The notes below the pieces were generated by a model. The model made no database searches. It had not been told where the DNA came from and worked only from the letters and a program-made list of their open reading frames with translations. From the NCBI GenBank assembly GCA_951406725.2, contig OX597826.1, positions 18,848,001 to 18,912,000 on the forward strand: DNA of 64,000 bases, in the 5' to 3' direction. Below are positions 26,403 through 41,100 of the stretch, one piece after another. Position 1 is the first letter of the stretch; each line of letters begins with the position of its first letter. Made by a program: the position numbers and the translations under genes. The stretch comes from Octopus vulgaris. Taxonomy: Eukaryota.

Positions 26403-27219
26403 TCAAAAATATGGTAACCAGAGTAAGAATGGGGTGGGAAAAAATCAGGGAGCTTTTAGGCCACCCAAGATAAGGGCAAATTTTTTGTGCATATGGATAT
26501 TAAATGTGGATGATGTTTGAAAGCTGAAAAGAAATGAAGCCGTTATGCTTTGCTGTATTTGTAATGTTAATGTAGATGAAGAGTGTAACAAGTGAGAAGA
26601 GAGCAAAAATAAGGATAAGAGAAACCAGGTGTAGAATGCAAGAGGGAAGACTGAGCTGGAAATGGAGATATTAGGAGTATAGAGGGTAAGAGTATAGAGG
26701 TAAAGCGATCCACGTGGATGGAAACTGCAGAATAGAAATACCAATGAAGATTGCGAGATACTGAACTTCACAAAAGAGATGACAAAGAACTGCAACAAGT
26801 GGTGGAACACTGTGCTTGGGAAAACCCATCAAACCCATATAAGCATGGAAAAATTGCAATAAAATGAGGACAAGGATAATGATAATGATACACGTATGTG
26901 TGTATATATGCATGATTGTGTGTGTGTGTGTGTGTGTGTATACAAAGAGAGACACAGACAGAGAAGAGAGAGGGAAAGGGAGTTAGACAGACAAGACAAT
27001 AAAGTTAGTGGAACATAACCTATCACTGAGAGCAGTCTGTCCATAGCCAAAACACTTAACTCACTGGCTCAATATATCAATTGTAAATAAGTATTATAAG
27101 TAGCTATGGCTCACTGCTTCTGATTATGGGATGTGTATGATGTCTGGTGTGTAACAGTGCATGCTACGAGCACAGATAATATAAGCTAGCCTTGGCTCCT
27201 GTGAGAGACCATCAATGTG

Positions 27220-27227
27220 TGTGTGTG

Positions 27228-27276
<49 letters not shown>

Positions 27277-27500
27277 ATGTATATATATATATATATGTAT
27301 ATATATACATATATATATGCATGTATATGTATATATATATATATATAAATAGATATATATATATATACATGTGTATATATTTGTGTCCATATGTGTGTGT
27401 ATATTCATTGTATGTATATATATATATATATCTATATATATATATATATATATGTATATACACATACATACTCATACGCATATACTATATATGTACATAC
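27220..27500. repeat. Compound (TA)n/(TG)n microsatellite
   Basis: Seen directly. Confidence 0.9.
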
Positions 27501-28086
27501 ATACACACATGCATGCATTTCTTTATACATTGTCATATATTCATTTCTTCTATGAGTTTGCCAAGAGTTTTGTTGCAGCAGTAATCATTGGCCAGGTCAC
27601 AAGAGTGTGACAAAAGACTTTGATACTCATAACCAAATTGTAAAAGAATAAGGAAGAAACAAAGACAACACCAACAACACTAATAACATAAACAACAACA
27701 GCAGCAATCATCATAATCTTCGTCACTGTCATAATCATCATCATTAGTAAAGATAATGTTTCCAAATGACAATGTGTATTTATATAAACACATGCACACG
27801 CATATAGCATTGGTTGTTTGGCTTCGACCATTGAAACAAAATACTTAGCAAATGGCCTTTCAAGTTTTGAGCTCAAATCCTGACAAACTCAACTTTCACT
27901 TTTATCGTTTGAGGGTTGCTAAACTTATGTGCCAGTCAAGGCCTCGACTAATTCAGTATTCCTATAATGGTAGCTGAGAATGAATTTATAATAGTAAACA
28001 ATAAATATATACTGCCTGTGGCCATGCAGTGTTCCAGCATGGCCAAAGTCAAATGATTAAAACAAGTAAAAGAATAAAAGAATATA

Positions 28087-28137
<51 letters not shown>

Positions 28138-28584
28138 TAAATATAGAAAAGCATAAATTTCATCTAAAGTTTATACTTTGTGATCAACAACACTGTTTCA
28201 TTAAGATGAACATCATTAAATGTATAATTTAAATAGTTGTGATACATAATTCATTAATTTAAATTAAATCAATTTCAAATCTGTGTTTACCCAAATCATT
28301 ATATTTTGTTAAATCAGAAAAAACATTACTGACAATGAGATACAGAAAAACAAGAAGAATTTTTTGCCACCTTGATAAGAATTTTATATTAATAAAAATC
28401 CATCATCCTAGATCCATAATAATTAGTTTAGTCAGAAATTTTTCAATTAGTATTTCTAATCTTCCAGCTAGTGAATAAATTCTCTAATGGTAACTTGGTT
28501 TACTATTACAATATTCTAGCTTGAAGTGGATATAATGAAAACATAAGATGTATTAATTACACTAAACTTAAACTGTGACTTATC

Positions 28585-28762
28585 TTCATCATTTTGAATT
28601 AATCTTGTATTATCTTGTGGCTTTGAGATTTAAATGATACGATTGTTCATTTTGAGAATAACATTGAAGGGTATGCGTGAAAGGTCAAATCTGGTTGGAT
28701 TGAACATAAAACAGGTGGAATATTTCACCCTGATTTGGCCAGTCTAAATGCTAAAGGGTTAA
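28585..28762 (+). mobile_element. piggyBac-like MITE, right part
   Basis: Ends ctaaagggTTAA. Homologous to 13870-14040. Confidence 0.65.
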
Positions 28763-29086
28763 ATGGGAATTACAAACTTGTTCTTTAAAACTCTTGAACG
28801 TAATTTTCCACCACAACATAAGTACTATCACATTTTCAACATGTTAGCCATTAAACTGCCTTATTCAGCCTAATTTAGCTTCTCTTGTAGCAACATCAAA
28901 CTGGTATAAACTATGATGTATATTTTAAACATGCCAAAACTTCTTGTATTAGTAATAATTGTTCTACTGACTTTATTATTTATGAAAATAGTGGTTGTAA
29001 TCATAGCCATGGAATTGGTAGTAGTCATATTAATAATACTAGTACTCATGATAATAATGCCACTAACATTAATAATGATGATGATC

Positions 29087-29147
<61 letters not shown>

Positions 29148-29225
29148 TAAACAGAGCTGCGCTCGGTAGTGAAGTGAAAGCACGCTATAAAAATAAAACT
29201 ACTGAATAATAATAATAATAATAAT
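29087..29225 (+). repeat. (TAA)n tract interrupted by a roughly 55-bp insert (possible Dong/R4-type LINE 3' tip)
   Basis: cagagctgcgctcggtagtgaagtgaaagcacgctataaaaataaaactactg is embedded in (taa)n. Dong elements are known to target TAA repeats; the assignment is an inference. Confidence 0.45.
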
Positions 29226-29489
29226 ATGCAGTACCAGGCAGTGACTTTCATGGTTTCTCATCTTAATTGATTGGAAGTGTTATCATGTATATTGTTTTGC
29301 CTTGGTATAAAAGATGGGATACAGCAAATATTCTGCTCAATACCACAGATTTGCTTGTCAGTTGTTTGACCTTAACCAGTTGATCATGTCCCTTAGTGGT
29401 TGATGATATGTGCACCTCTGATCATAAGCAGAAGTAGTGGGGGAGCATCGTAGCCATGTGTCAAGAGGAATTCTTTGGGGTTTAGATAT

Positions 29490-29802
29490 ATTTTATTCTT
29501 TTATTTCAGTCATTTGACTGAGGCCATGCTGGAGTACCACCTTTAGTTGAACAAATTGACCCCAGGACTTATTCTTTATAAGTCTAGTACTTATTCTATC
29601 AGTCACTTTTGCTGAACCACTAAGTTATGGGGACATAAACACACCAGCATCGATTGTCAAGTGATGGTGGGAGGGACAAACACAGACACACAAACATATA
29701 CATATACATATACATACATACATATATACATATATATATATATACAACAGTCTTCATTCAGTTTCTCTCTATGAAATCCACTCACAAGGATTTGGTTGGC
29801 CC
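29490..29802 (-). mobile_element. SINE family A, 5'-truncated
   Basis: Matches the reverse complement of 2150-2450. Confidence 0.85.
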
Positions 29803-29811
29803 TAAAGAGTA

Positions 29812-30060
29812 AATTTATTCAATAAAATCACCATTGGCTTCAACCACTGCCTCCAGATGACTTCAGAATCTCCTGCAACTCTTCTGGACAGTCTCTTTGT
29901 TTAAGTTGGTGAATGCTGCCATAATCCTTGCCTTCTGTTCATTTTTGGTGTTACAAGGAGTTTTGTTGGTCTCTTGCTCAACTGTGCCCCACGCATAATA
30001 ATCAAGAGGGTTGTAGTCTGGGGACTTAGCTGGCCATAAATGTGATGTGGTTGCAGAAAT
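29812..30060 (-). pseudogene. Tc1/mariner-superfamily (maT/DD37D-like) transposase C-terminal fragment
   Basis: [60 protein letters not shown]. Confidence 0.88.
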
Positions 30061-30070
30061 TATATATGTG

Positions 30071-30392
<322 letters not shown>

Positions 30393-30407
30393 TATATATA
30401 TATATAA

Positions 30408-30460
<53 letters not shown>

Positions 30461-30576
30461 TACATATATACATATATACATATATATATATACATATATA
30501 AATTATATATATATATATATATATTGAATATATATATATATTCAAAATACAAAATGTGACCGCATGTCACATATAT

Positions 30577-30621
<45 letters not shown>

Positions 30622-30825
30622 TATATATATATACATATATAAATATATAGATATATATTGATAGGAATGGTAAGACAGCAAAAGAATGAAAGAGACTTTG
30701 ATATTATGTAAATAGAGGAATTTATCTACATTAATTTTACAGATACATATATATGCATATATATAAATACATATACACACACACATATCAATACTTATAT
30801 GTACATCTATACATATATATATATA

Positions 30826-30902
<77 letters not shown>

Positions 30903-31080
30903 ATATTTGTTGCATGGCATAATATTGGAGTCTTAGATTCTGGTGGTAGGTAATAATAATGGATAATAAAACAACAGAAACTAGAAAATGAAACTATTTT
31001 GGAAATTAATAATTATTATTTAAAGACATTTACCAGGATTTGCTTACAATATCAACAATCATTTTCACTTCTGAAATGAT

Positions 31081-31289
31081 ACTCTTTACTCTTTTACTTG
31101 TTTCAATCATTTGACTGTGGCCATGCTGGAGCACCGCCTTTAGTCGAGCAAATCGACCCCAGAACTTATTCTTTGTAAGCCCAGTACTTATTCTATCAAT
31201 CTCTTTTGCCGAACCGCTAAGTGACGGAGATGTAAACACACCAGCATCGGTTGTCAGGCAATGCTAGGGGGACAAACACAGACACACAA

Positions 31290-31320
<31 letters not shown>

Positions 31321-31491
31321 CATATACACGACAGGCTTCTTTCAGTTTCTGTCTACCAAATCCACTCACAATGCATTGATTGGCCCGGGACTATAGCAGA
31401 AGACACTTGCCCAAGATGCCACGCAGTGGGACTGAACCCGGAACCATGTGGATGGTTAGCAAGCTACTTACCACACAGCCACTCCTGCGCC
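31081..31491 (-). mobile_element. SINE family A, young full-length copy
   Basis: Near-collinear reverse complement of 2047-2450. Confidence 0.92.
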
Positions 31492-31952
31492 TATGTAGAT
31501 TTTTAATGATGCCTAGAATTTCCTGAATCCATCAACTGGTGTTCTCGACAATATGATGCTACATACATGGATAATCTGTAATGAATCTGTTATAATTATG
31601 TTTATCATGCAAACAACAGCTTTACAAAGTTACTTTGGGTGAATTCAGGTGGTGTCAATTATAACAGAATGAAGCTTGGATCACTTTATGGCTTCATTTA
31701 CTTAATTAGTATCCATAAAGAACACTATCAACACAATAATTACCCATTACTGTTTATTAATAGTTTCTTCTTGCTAATCTTTCATAGATGACAATAGTAA
31801 CTTCATTTCCTATATTTCTTAATATGTTTATTGTTTTAATTACTTCAGGTTACCTCTCACTGATTTTGGAATGCAACTCCAATCTTATGACAGTATACAT
31901 ATGTAGATGTGTGTGTGTGGGTGTGTGTGCGCACGCATATGTATGTGTGTGT

Positions 31953-32011
<59 letters not shown>

Positions 32012-32246
32012 TGTGTATGTGTGTGTGTGTACAATAGGTTGTTTGTGGAGCCAACAAAGGTATCTTAAAGGTGGCTGTGTAACTGAAAGGTGCAGTGCTA
32101 TCTGAGGAAGTGCTTACTAGACACAAAGTAGGGCTTGATCAAATCTAGCCAGGTTACCTGGGTGAAGGTGTCTCATGATGAAAGACCCAAACATGTGATG
32201 GCCCCAGGAAAAATCATTGACGATATGATTAGGTGCATGCAAAAAC

Positions 32247-32460
<214 letters not shown>

Positions 32461-32685
32461 TGTCAATTTATCCATAAAATAATATATATCCATAAAATAT
32501 CCATAAAAGAAGCACACTCTAAACCATATAGTAATAATGTATTATAAGTAGTTAAGGTCTATAATCCAGTCATAGAGTGACCAATGGTTTCACATGGGGC
32601 AAAGGCCTTTGTGGATATGAAACCATTAGTCACTCTATGACCAGACGTACACTTATATATATATATGTATGTATATATATGTATA

Positions 32686-32734
<49 letters not shown>

Positions 32735-33142
32735 GAAGGTCTTTTTTAAAAGACTAGCAGTTACCCAAGCACAATATAAGTTACTCCTTTCCATTCCATC
32801 AATGTTGTGAAAGGTAAAAGCAAGGTGAAGACCAATACAGGGTGTTACGTGTGTTAGTGCAGGTGTCACAATCAGAGTATAGAAAGCCAGAACAGATATC
32901 ATAAAGCTTCTCATCTAACACTCTTAACAATTCCACCATTCCATCATTCCACCATTCCACTATCCTGGATTGATATTTTAAAAAGTTTTTATCGAATCCA
33001 AAAACATGAAAGACAGCATTGACTTAAAGAGGATTAGAACTCAGAGAGGGGACAGTCAGAATGAGTATTGTGAGTCATTTCCAACCAAGGCTTTAATAAC
33101 TGCCAATTCCTTGTACACACACACACACACACACGCACACGC

Positions 33143-33173
<31 letters not shown>

Positions 33174-33198
33174 CACGTATGTGTGTGTGTATGTATGT

Positions 33199-33244
<46 letters not shown>

Positions 33245-33838
33245 ATAAATAATAAAAGGAAATACCTAAGGTGGTAGAGGTGGTTGCAATAAAGGTTATC
33301 GTAACAAGCAAGTTAATGTACCCACAGCAGTCCTTACACAAGAGCAACAATAAACACACACACATATATGTATGTATGTATCCATACATAATATGTATAT
33401 GCATATATATTTATATAAAATATATATATATATATATATATACACACTCACACGCATACACACATACATATCAGATGGACAGATGGATAGGCAATAAGAT
33501 AGATAGACAGATAAAAGAGAGAGAGAGAGAGAGAGTGAGAGAGAGATTCATACACATATGTATGAGGCTATTATATTAATTTTTTTCTTCTGACAAAACA
33601 AAAGCAAAAACAGAAATGAACTTTATATAAATCAAGTTTGTTTTTTTCTTTTCATATTAGTTAATTGAAGTTTGTTAGAGAGCACAGACGTCAATTAGAA
33701 CTTAATTGATCAATGATACCAACAAGAAGCACCAAAATCTTTAGATATATCTAACTAAAAACTTATACCCGTATAATATATATGTATGTATTTATATGTA
33801 TATATACATAGGTGTGTGTGTCTGTGTGAGTATGTGTG

Positions 33839-33887
<49 letters not shown>

Positions 33888-34400
33888 ATATGAAATCTCT
33901 TCTTCCTGCTTCTCTACTTTAGAAAACACATAACACAGCTTGTTAATAATTGACAGTTTTCAAGGAGAGCGTGAGAACGTGGCAAATCTCTCATGTGTCA
34001 GTAATTAAGGGCCATTTAAGGAGCTCATCAGTAGTGGTTAGAGGTGGATCTAAAGAAGCTGGCAAAATCTATTGTCAACGGTTGCCAATGTGGCAGTCAT
34101 TAACATAATACTAATACTACTCATAATAATAATAACAACTATTATTATTATTATTAAGTAATTATGATAAAAGCCCTACAGTTGTGTTACTCAACAGAAG
34201 TGTAATAATTTTTCAGAGTGGGGGGAGGGGGGTTATAATAAAAAAATAAACATAAATAGATTAGATCAGCTGTTGGGTCAGTGTGTGTAAAATCTTCATT
34301 AACCAGTTCCCATAGACTGAGCTCTTTGGTTTAAATGGTGAGTGATGACCCACATATGACCACCCTTTCATAACCTCTAAGCACAATAATAATAATAATA

Positions 34401-34440
<40 letters not shown>

Positions 34441-34770
34441 CCACCACCACCATTACCACCACCACCACCATCATCATCATCACCATCATTGCTGATGTTG
34501 TTACTATTACTACTACCATGACAATCACTAAAAGGAAAAGGACCTAATTATCAATTAAAGGGGCTTGAACTGGAGGCCCTAATTATTAAAGGGGAAATGG
34601 TAATAACTCCGATAAATATTTGTTGGTTCTTGATTTTCCCAGCAAACTATTGCAGAACTAAACAAAGGCGGACACACATACTTGCACAAACACAGAAACA
34701 CATATGCATGGACGTACCTCGTATAAATATAGATATCTACATAAATGTATGTCTGTATAGATATTTTTTT

Positions 34771-35130
34771 ATCTTTTATCTTTTACTTGTTTCAATCATT
34801 AGACTGTGGCCATGCTGGAGCACTGCCATGAAGAACTTTCAGTCGAATGAACTGACCCCAGTACTTCTTTTCTTTTTCTTTTTTTAAGCTTGGTACTTAT
34901 TCAATTGGTCACTTTTGCCACACCATTAAGTTGTGCCTGGGGAGCAAACACAGACACAAAGACATGCACACACACACACACACATGATGGGCTTCTATTA
35001 GTTTCTGTCTTGTAAATCCACTCACAAAGCTTTAGTTAGTCCAAGGCTGTAGTAGAAGACACTTGCCCAGGGTGTCATGCAGTGGGACGGAATTTGGAAC
35101 TATGTCATTGGGAAGCAAGCTTCTTTATCA
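34771..35130 (-). mobile_element. SINE family A, degraded
   Basis: Tail and head motifs present on the minus strand. Confidence 0.8.
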
Positions 35131-35254
35131 TCCTCATTTTACATATATATCTATCTATCTCTGTCTACACACACACTCACATGCACACACATACATGCAC
35201 GCAAACACAAAATACATACAAACAAACATACATGCATGCATGCATACATTAAGA

Positions 35255-36420
35255 TAAAGTGACCCAAGAATATTACACTAAATATGGCAGTTGGAACTCT
35301 CTTCTTACAACAAAACAATATCCCACAATGCATTTGCCATACCAGAGCTCATTCTAACACTTAGGATATTTCATTGGTCTGTAGAGGACATCCACTCCAT
35401 AGATATCAAGACCCACAAAATCCAGACAACAACTGGGAACTTCCACAGAAACAGTGATGCTGACAGGCTCTACCTAAGAAGAAATGAAGGTGGCAGAGAC
35501 CTGAGATGCTGAAAAGTGAAGTAAGCAACATTGTACAAGTTGACAGTGAGCTCCTTCTTAATGATCTCCTGTACAGCCCCAAAACAGCTGGGCTCTCTTA
35601 CCTCAGAGAATACCTGGACGGAAAGCACTCAGCATACAAAAAAAGACTAGGCATGGGTATGTTACCTGGAAACTTGAAGAACACAGTAGAATTGACATGG
35701 AGCGCAGCCTCTCTTGGACACAAGACCACTACATCACATCACACTTTGAGAGCTATACGTTTGGCATCTAGGAACAGGAGATTGCCTCAAAGAACCTTGT
35801 GAACAAGAGAGACAGTGATGCTCTTATAATCCCAAGGTGCAACTGCAGGCGTAAGCTATGTCATGTTCACACATGTGATTAGAAAATGTCCTAAAATGTT
35901 GTCCTGGTACTACCACCCTATGTGGCACGATGTTGTTGCTAAAACAATTTACAATGCCATCCGCAAAAAAGATTGACCTGAAATAAACTTAGAAAATCCC
36001 TCTGTTATGGAATACATTCATAAACACCAACTCAAGGAAGAATACTGGTGGAATATTCCCATCAAAGCTTCTGTCAAATGTAAACATAACAGGCCGGATA
36101 TTGTTGTTTGGGACAGAGGGGCAAAGGTATGTGCCATCATAGAAGTCAGCTGCCTTGAAGATATAATTATTACTTTGAAAATCAAAGAAAAAGAGGATAT
36201 CTATGGACAACTGCTTTGAAACCTCCAGTTCCTATATCCAAACTATGATTTCATATTCATACCAATGATAATTGGAGCACTAGGTTTTCTGAGTAAATGC
36301 TCAAAGGAGAATCTGGATAAACTAGGATTTTCAGAAAGAGAAACTGACCATACATTACAAGTGCAATCTGTGAGTGGAACAGTAAAAATATGCAAGACTT
36401 TTCTCAAGTTCCAAATGTGA
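35255..36420 (+). pseudogene. R4/Dong-type non-LTR retrotransposon 3' half (RT thumb, zinc-knuckle remnant, restriction-like endonuclease)
   Basis: NAFAIPEL..W..EDIHSIDIKT..GNFHRNSDADRLYLRRNEGGRDL; WHDVVAKTIY; KHNRPDIVVWD..IIEVSC..KEKEDIY; IIGALG; ends CKTFLKFQM*. Confidence 0.88.
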
Positions 36421-36449
36421 ATTTGTTAACTACATCCCAAAGTACTTTC

Positions 36450-36830
36450 CAACTAGGTCTTCTCTGAGGTAAGAGAGCCCAGCTGTTTTGGGGCTGTATA
36501 GGATATCATCAAGAAGAGAGTGTTTCTTGAGGAGCTCAATGCCAACTTGTACTTTGTGTCTTTGTTGGAAAGCGACTCCCTACTCAGTGGAAGATTTATA
36601 ATGATTAAAAAAATAGAAGAGACATACATACATACATACATACATAAATACTTTCCAAAAATAATTAAAGCACTTGAATTTGTAAGTATCAGTCTGGATA
36701 AGCTTGGATTTTCAGAAATAGAAATCAACCAACTGATTCGCACATCACAAATGCAATCTGTAAGCGGAACAGTAAAACACTGCAAAACTTTTCTCAGGTT
36801 TAAAATGTGACAATGTTCTTGTTACCTACA
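36450..36830. mobile_element. Second, rearranged copy of the same R4-type element (inverted internal piece plus + strand 3' end)
   Basis: 36455-36563 is the reverse complement of 35531-35617. 36655-36810 encodes LDKLGFSE..QSVSGTVKHCKTFLRFKM*. Confidence 0.8.
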
Positions 36831-37540
36831 TTTCAAAGATGGAGCTTTGTATCTTTGTTAGAGACCAGCTCCTTCTTCAGAGGAAGAATTTAAATGGTTA
36901 CATACATAAGAGACAGACACATATGTATGATATATACATAGACAACAGGCAGGCCATGTGGTCACTTCAGAGACATATGAATGAGAGTCTACACTGCAAA
37001 TACACTGTCAGCTGGTGTCTTCAAAAGTAGCTGCAGGTGGATCAATGTCGTGTGAGTGAAAATTTTATAGATGGAAACTGAAGGACACCTGTTGCATATG
37101 TATATATCTATGTGTGTATTTGTGCATATGTGGTCATGTGGGTTTCCTTTGACCTGTGCACCCTAATTGTAAACAAAGTAACCTTATTACAAAAAACAGT
37201 GACATCTGTTTACAATCCATCAACAAAAGCTTGGCTGACCATTGTGTTGTATGCCATTCAAAGGAGAAACGGAAATATTAACTTAGATGGAAACAATTGA
37301 CAGTTAACAACAGGAAGAAAAACCTTCATTATCAATTTAATTTTATGTTTTCATTTAAATGTAAACTTAATTATTGCAGCAATCTTTCTCTCAGCCAAAT
37401 AAAGGTCATGTGACTACGTTTCTTTGATCAAAACAGGATTCTAAGATACTACGTTTACATTCCAATTTCAAACAGGCAACAATAAGAAGAAGAAAGGTTA
37501 TAGACAATTACATATTATATATATATATATATATATATAT

Positions 37541-37697
37541 GCACAGGCATGGCTGTGTGATAAGAAACTTGCTTCTCAACCACATGGATCAGAGTTCAGT
37601 CCCATTGCACAGCACCTTGGGTTTTTCTTCTGCAATAGCCTCAGGCTGACCAAAGCCCCGTGAGTGGATTTGGTAGAAGACTGAAAAGAGCCCTTCT

Positions 37698-37733
<36 letters not shown>

Positions 37734-37960
37734 CTTTTGTGTCTATGTTTCCCCCCCATCCCCACCCAGCACCACTTGACAACTGGAGTCGATGTGTTTA
37801 CATCCCTGTAACCTAGCAGTTCAGCAAAAGAGACCAATAGAATAGGTACCAGGCTTTGCAAAAAATAAGTACTGGGGTCAATTCATTTGACTAAAAATTC
37901 TTGATGAAGAAATGCTCCAGCATGGTCACAGTCTAATGACAGAAAAAATTAAAAGATAAA

Positions 37961-37962
<2 letters not shown>
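37541..37962 (+). mobile_element. SINE family A
   Basis: Collinear with 2047-2450. Confidence 0.85.
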
Positions 37963-37992
<30 letters not shown>

Positions 37993-37993
37993 C

Positions 37994-38760
37994 GGTGTAC
38001 GTACACTTTGGTCTCTTATATGTAAGTATATATTTATCTAAATCTTGTATGACTCTATTCTCTTATTCTTTTATTCTTTCCATCTTCTATCAGCTCTTTC
38101 ACACTTATTTCGTTCATTCCACTCTTCATTCTTTCGTTCCCTCTCCCTCACATTTCTTTGCCTTCTCTTCTTACTCAATTTTCCTCCACTTTTCACTTCA
38201 CTGTGTCCCTGTCATTTTTTTCTCACCCTTCCTTATTTCTTCTGTCCCTCTACCTCTACCTCTCTCTCTTCTCTCCCCACATGACTGGTGTTTGACCAAG
38301 CCTGACCTTTCTTTCTTGGTTCAGCCTTTGTCTGTGCAACATCTATATTCTTCCCTGTGCCTGTGAAATCTTGTATCCCTGCCATAAGGCTTTACTTCCA
38401 CAGACAACAGCTTAATTTAATTCGTTGTTAGTCAAAAGACACATGTTGTTATGTCCTATTATTTGTATTTGTGTAACTTTCTCCACTTTTCCCGTCCTTG
38501 TTTTTGTATACATTCACTGCTTTCTTCCAAGGAGTCTAATGCTCTTAGCTTAATTTTTCTTTGGAGCTGGCCAAATTGGAGCAATCTTGAGTATAACCAA
38601 CTGAAATTGCAAAGATAATCGGGAACTCGACTGAAGAAAGAAAACTCCGAATGACCCGTCCTTGTTTTCTTTGTATCATCTATCTGGATGTATCGTCTAA
38701 CCCTTTCTTGTATCACCTAACTGTCTAGATGTTTCGCATTCTTGTCCCATTTTGTATTTA
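37994..38760 (+). mobile_element. Probable Penelope-type non-coding terminus between (TA)n tracts
   Basis: 3' part homologous to 6298-6440. Pyrimidine-rich body. Contains a ctgaaga motif but no following GAAA/UH core. Confidence 0.45.
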
Positions 38761-38814
<54 letters not shown>

Positions 38815-39359
38815 CATTTATAAATTTGTGTTGCAAGATTCCTGATGGGAAGTCATGCGTTGAAACATATACTGTTGTATATCGGGATGGTCATTTTCTT
38901 TTTTTTTTCCAAATAAACACACACACTGTATATTCGTTCTTCAATCATTTATTTTCCATTGTCTGGAAATCTTTTGTTGCACACCTGTGACCTCTCCAGA
39001 GACACTTTCTGACTTCTTGTGTGCTCTTGCTCTGCTTATTCCAGTCTGTTCTAGAAGAACACACACTGACACTTTCAAAAATGACCATCCCGAAATACAA
39101 CAATATATATATATACACACACACATATATGTACACACATTGTCGTCATCATTATCATCACCATTTTAACTCTACTTGGATGGGTCAGACAAATATAAGT
39201 TAAGGCAGAATCTACAACCAGATGCCCCTCTTGACACATGTCAAGAAACCATTTGTTTGTGAGGTGGTTGTTTATAAGCAGTGAACACAGAGGATAGTGG
39301 GGAAATATGAACTCTCTCCCATGCACACACAAGCATATGTCATCATCATCATTTTAGAA

Positions 39360-40000
39360 GATCACTTTTCATTGACTACCACAAGGCTTATGATATGACT
39401 CCGCATTCATAGATCAAGTGCTTTGATCTGTTCAGAATGTGAGGAATGCAACATAATTCCTGAAGAGAAGTATGGTGGGGTGGAAAACTGAACTGACATC
39501 TTATGGAAAAGTTTGGGCACCCTGGGTATCAGAAGAGGGATTTTTCAAGGTGATAGCTTATCTCTGTTGCTTTTTGTTCTCTGCATGATACCCTTGACCC
39601 TGGTACTTAGGAAAATATACCCAGAGTGCCAACTGAAGGAAAGATCCCAAACACTTCCTCTTCATGGATGATTTGAAACTGTATGGCAAGGATGAGACAC
39701 AAGTGAGTTCCTTGGTGAACATGGTCCACTGTTTTAGTACTGATATTAGAATGGAATTTGGACCTAAGGATTGCAGAATAATCCATCCAAAAAAAAGGCA
39801 AGGTACAGTCCCCAGCTGGGATAGAATTACTGAATAGAGACTTGATTAAACAAATTGAAGCAGAAGGCTATAAATACCTTGGTATACTAGAGTTCAACGA
39901 GATAATGGAGAATGAAATGAAAGAGCAACTGCAGATGGAATATTTCTGAAGACTAAGGTTGGTATTTCGCTCAAAATTGACTGGATAGAATAAAATTGTA
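39360..40000 (+). pseudogene. R4/Dong-type reverse transcriptase core fragment
   Basis: IDYHKAYDMTPHS; IRRGIFQGDSLSLLLFVLCMIPL; FMDDLKLYGK; FSTDIRMEFG; GYKYLGILE. Confidence 0.88.
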
Positions 40001-40444
40001 ATGTTATTATCAGTCCAAATATGCTTGATGCATGTCCGAACTGGAAACAAGCTACTCACTGCATTTTGTCATGGAAAATATATCCTATTTGTTGACAAAT
40101 GGTGTATATACACCGAGACCAACTCACAGTGCCACCTATCCACACTGTGAGATGCTAGCATTTCAGAAAGGTTATCTCCTCTTTGGTCACAGACACCAGG
40201 CAGGAAGTACTCCAGTTCTCCAGTTCTCACATGTCTCAAGCATATTGAGACTGATCATAACATTACAATTTCACTTATCACTGCTTAGCGCCCCCCAACC
40301 ACCACCACTACCACTCTGTAATTTACTTACAGTGACTGGTGACTGGAAAAGCATAAGAGAGTCAATTTCTTCAATCAATTCGTAGCTGGTGTCTGGTGTC
40401 TGTGACTGAATTGTAGTTTTATTACTATCAAATTGTAGCTTTAT

Positions 40445-40912
40445 TACCGCATCGTGCCTCAGCCACCCAGGCCCATCGAATGGCTTTCATTCCCTTCTGC
40501 TTTAGAGCATGTGCCCTAGCTCTAACAATGCAATCTTCATGCTTGGTGTTGAAGAATTGGTTGCTATGCCTCTTCTAGTTTTGTAACTAGGTTTCCCTTT
40601 ACTCTAGTCTTCTCTATCGCTAGTTCCCTGCTAAATTCTACAGCTTCTACTCTAATCAGCCATTTTAGGGTTACCCACCAGGGGTTGTTGACAACTGCCC
40701 CCATCAACTTTCGATGGACTAACTTGCTAACTTGGTCTCTGAAAGCTTGATGCACCGGGAAGGATGCATTCAGCTTCCAGTATCCGGGACCCTGTCTATG
40801 AAGCCTACCTAGGTCAACTGTACAGATTACAAATTTGTGGTCTGTATAGCTGATGAGTTCGAATAGTGGACAACCTATGTTTTCCTTATCTGCTGGCCTA
40901 CAAAACACCCTA
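40445..40912 (-). pseudogene. L1/Tx1-clade LINE ORF2 fragment (end of the AP endonuclease)
   Basis: ISYTDHKFV..GPGYWKLNAS..WWVTLKWLIR matches the SDH / G.WKLN.S / W..LK..IR motifs. Confidence 0.8.
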
Positions 40913-40914
40913 TC

Positions 40915-41100
40915 TCCCCACCGACACTATTTGGCAACTAGTGTTGGTTTATTTACATCCCCTTAACTTAGCAGTTCAGTAAAAAGACACCAGTAAAATG
41001 GGTACCTAACATTAAAAATAAGTACTGAGATTGATTTGTTTGACAAAATCTGTCGAGGTGGTGCTCCAGCATGGCAGCAGTCCAAACAAGTAAAAGATTA
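40915..41100 (+). mobile_element. SINE family A, 3' half
   Basis: aacttagcagttcag ... ggtgctccagcatggc ... aaacaagtaaaaga. Confidence 0.75.

Larger units (their letters stand above)
23560..26820 (+). pseudogene. Fragmented RTE-clade LINE reverse transcriptase (at least two overlapping copies) interrupted by SINEs
   Basis: AIKNMKTRKATG; IIIHCYK..GIRLLD*VLKIVER; VGIHQDLVLS..ITEEF. The thumb segment appears twice: DNFC.LGNLIS..VTRVRSG at about 25700 and LEVADGFHHLGD..VTRVRMGWEKIREL at about 26050-26460. Confidence 0.75.

Noticed and set aside
28913-29209. Hydrophobic membrane-protein-like ORF (also 42409-42729)
   Set aside because: Derived from (TAA)n, (GTT)n and (GGT)n triplet repeats.
38838-38880. 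Hammerhead-like ctgatgg..gaaacatat
   Set aside because: A9 is missing and no stem II pairing is evident.
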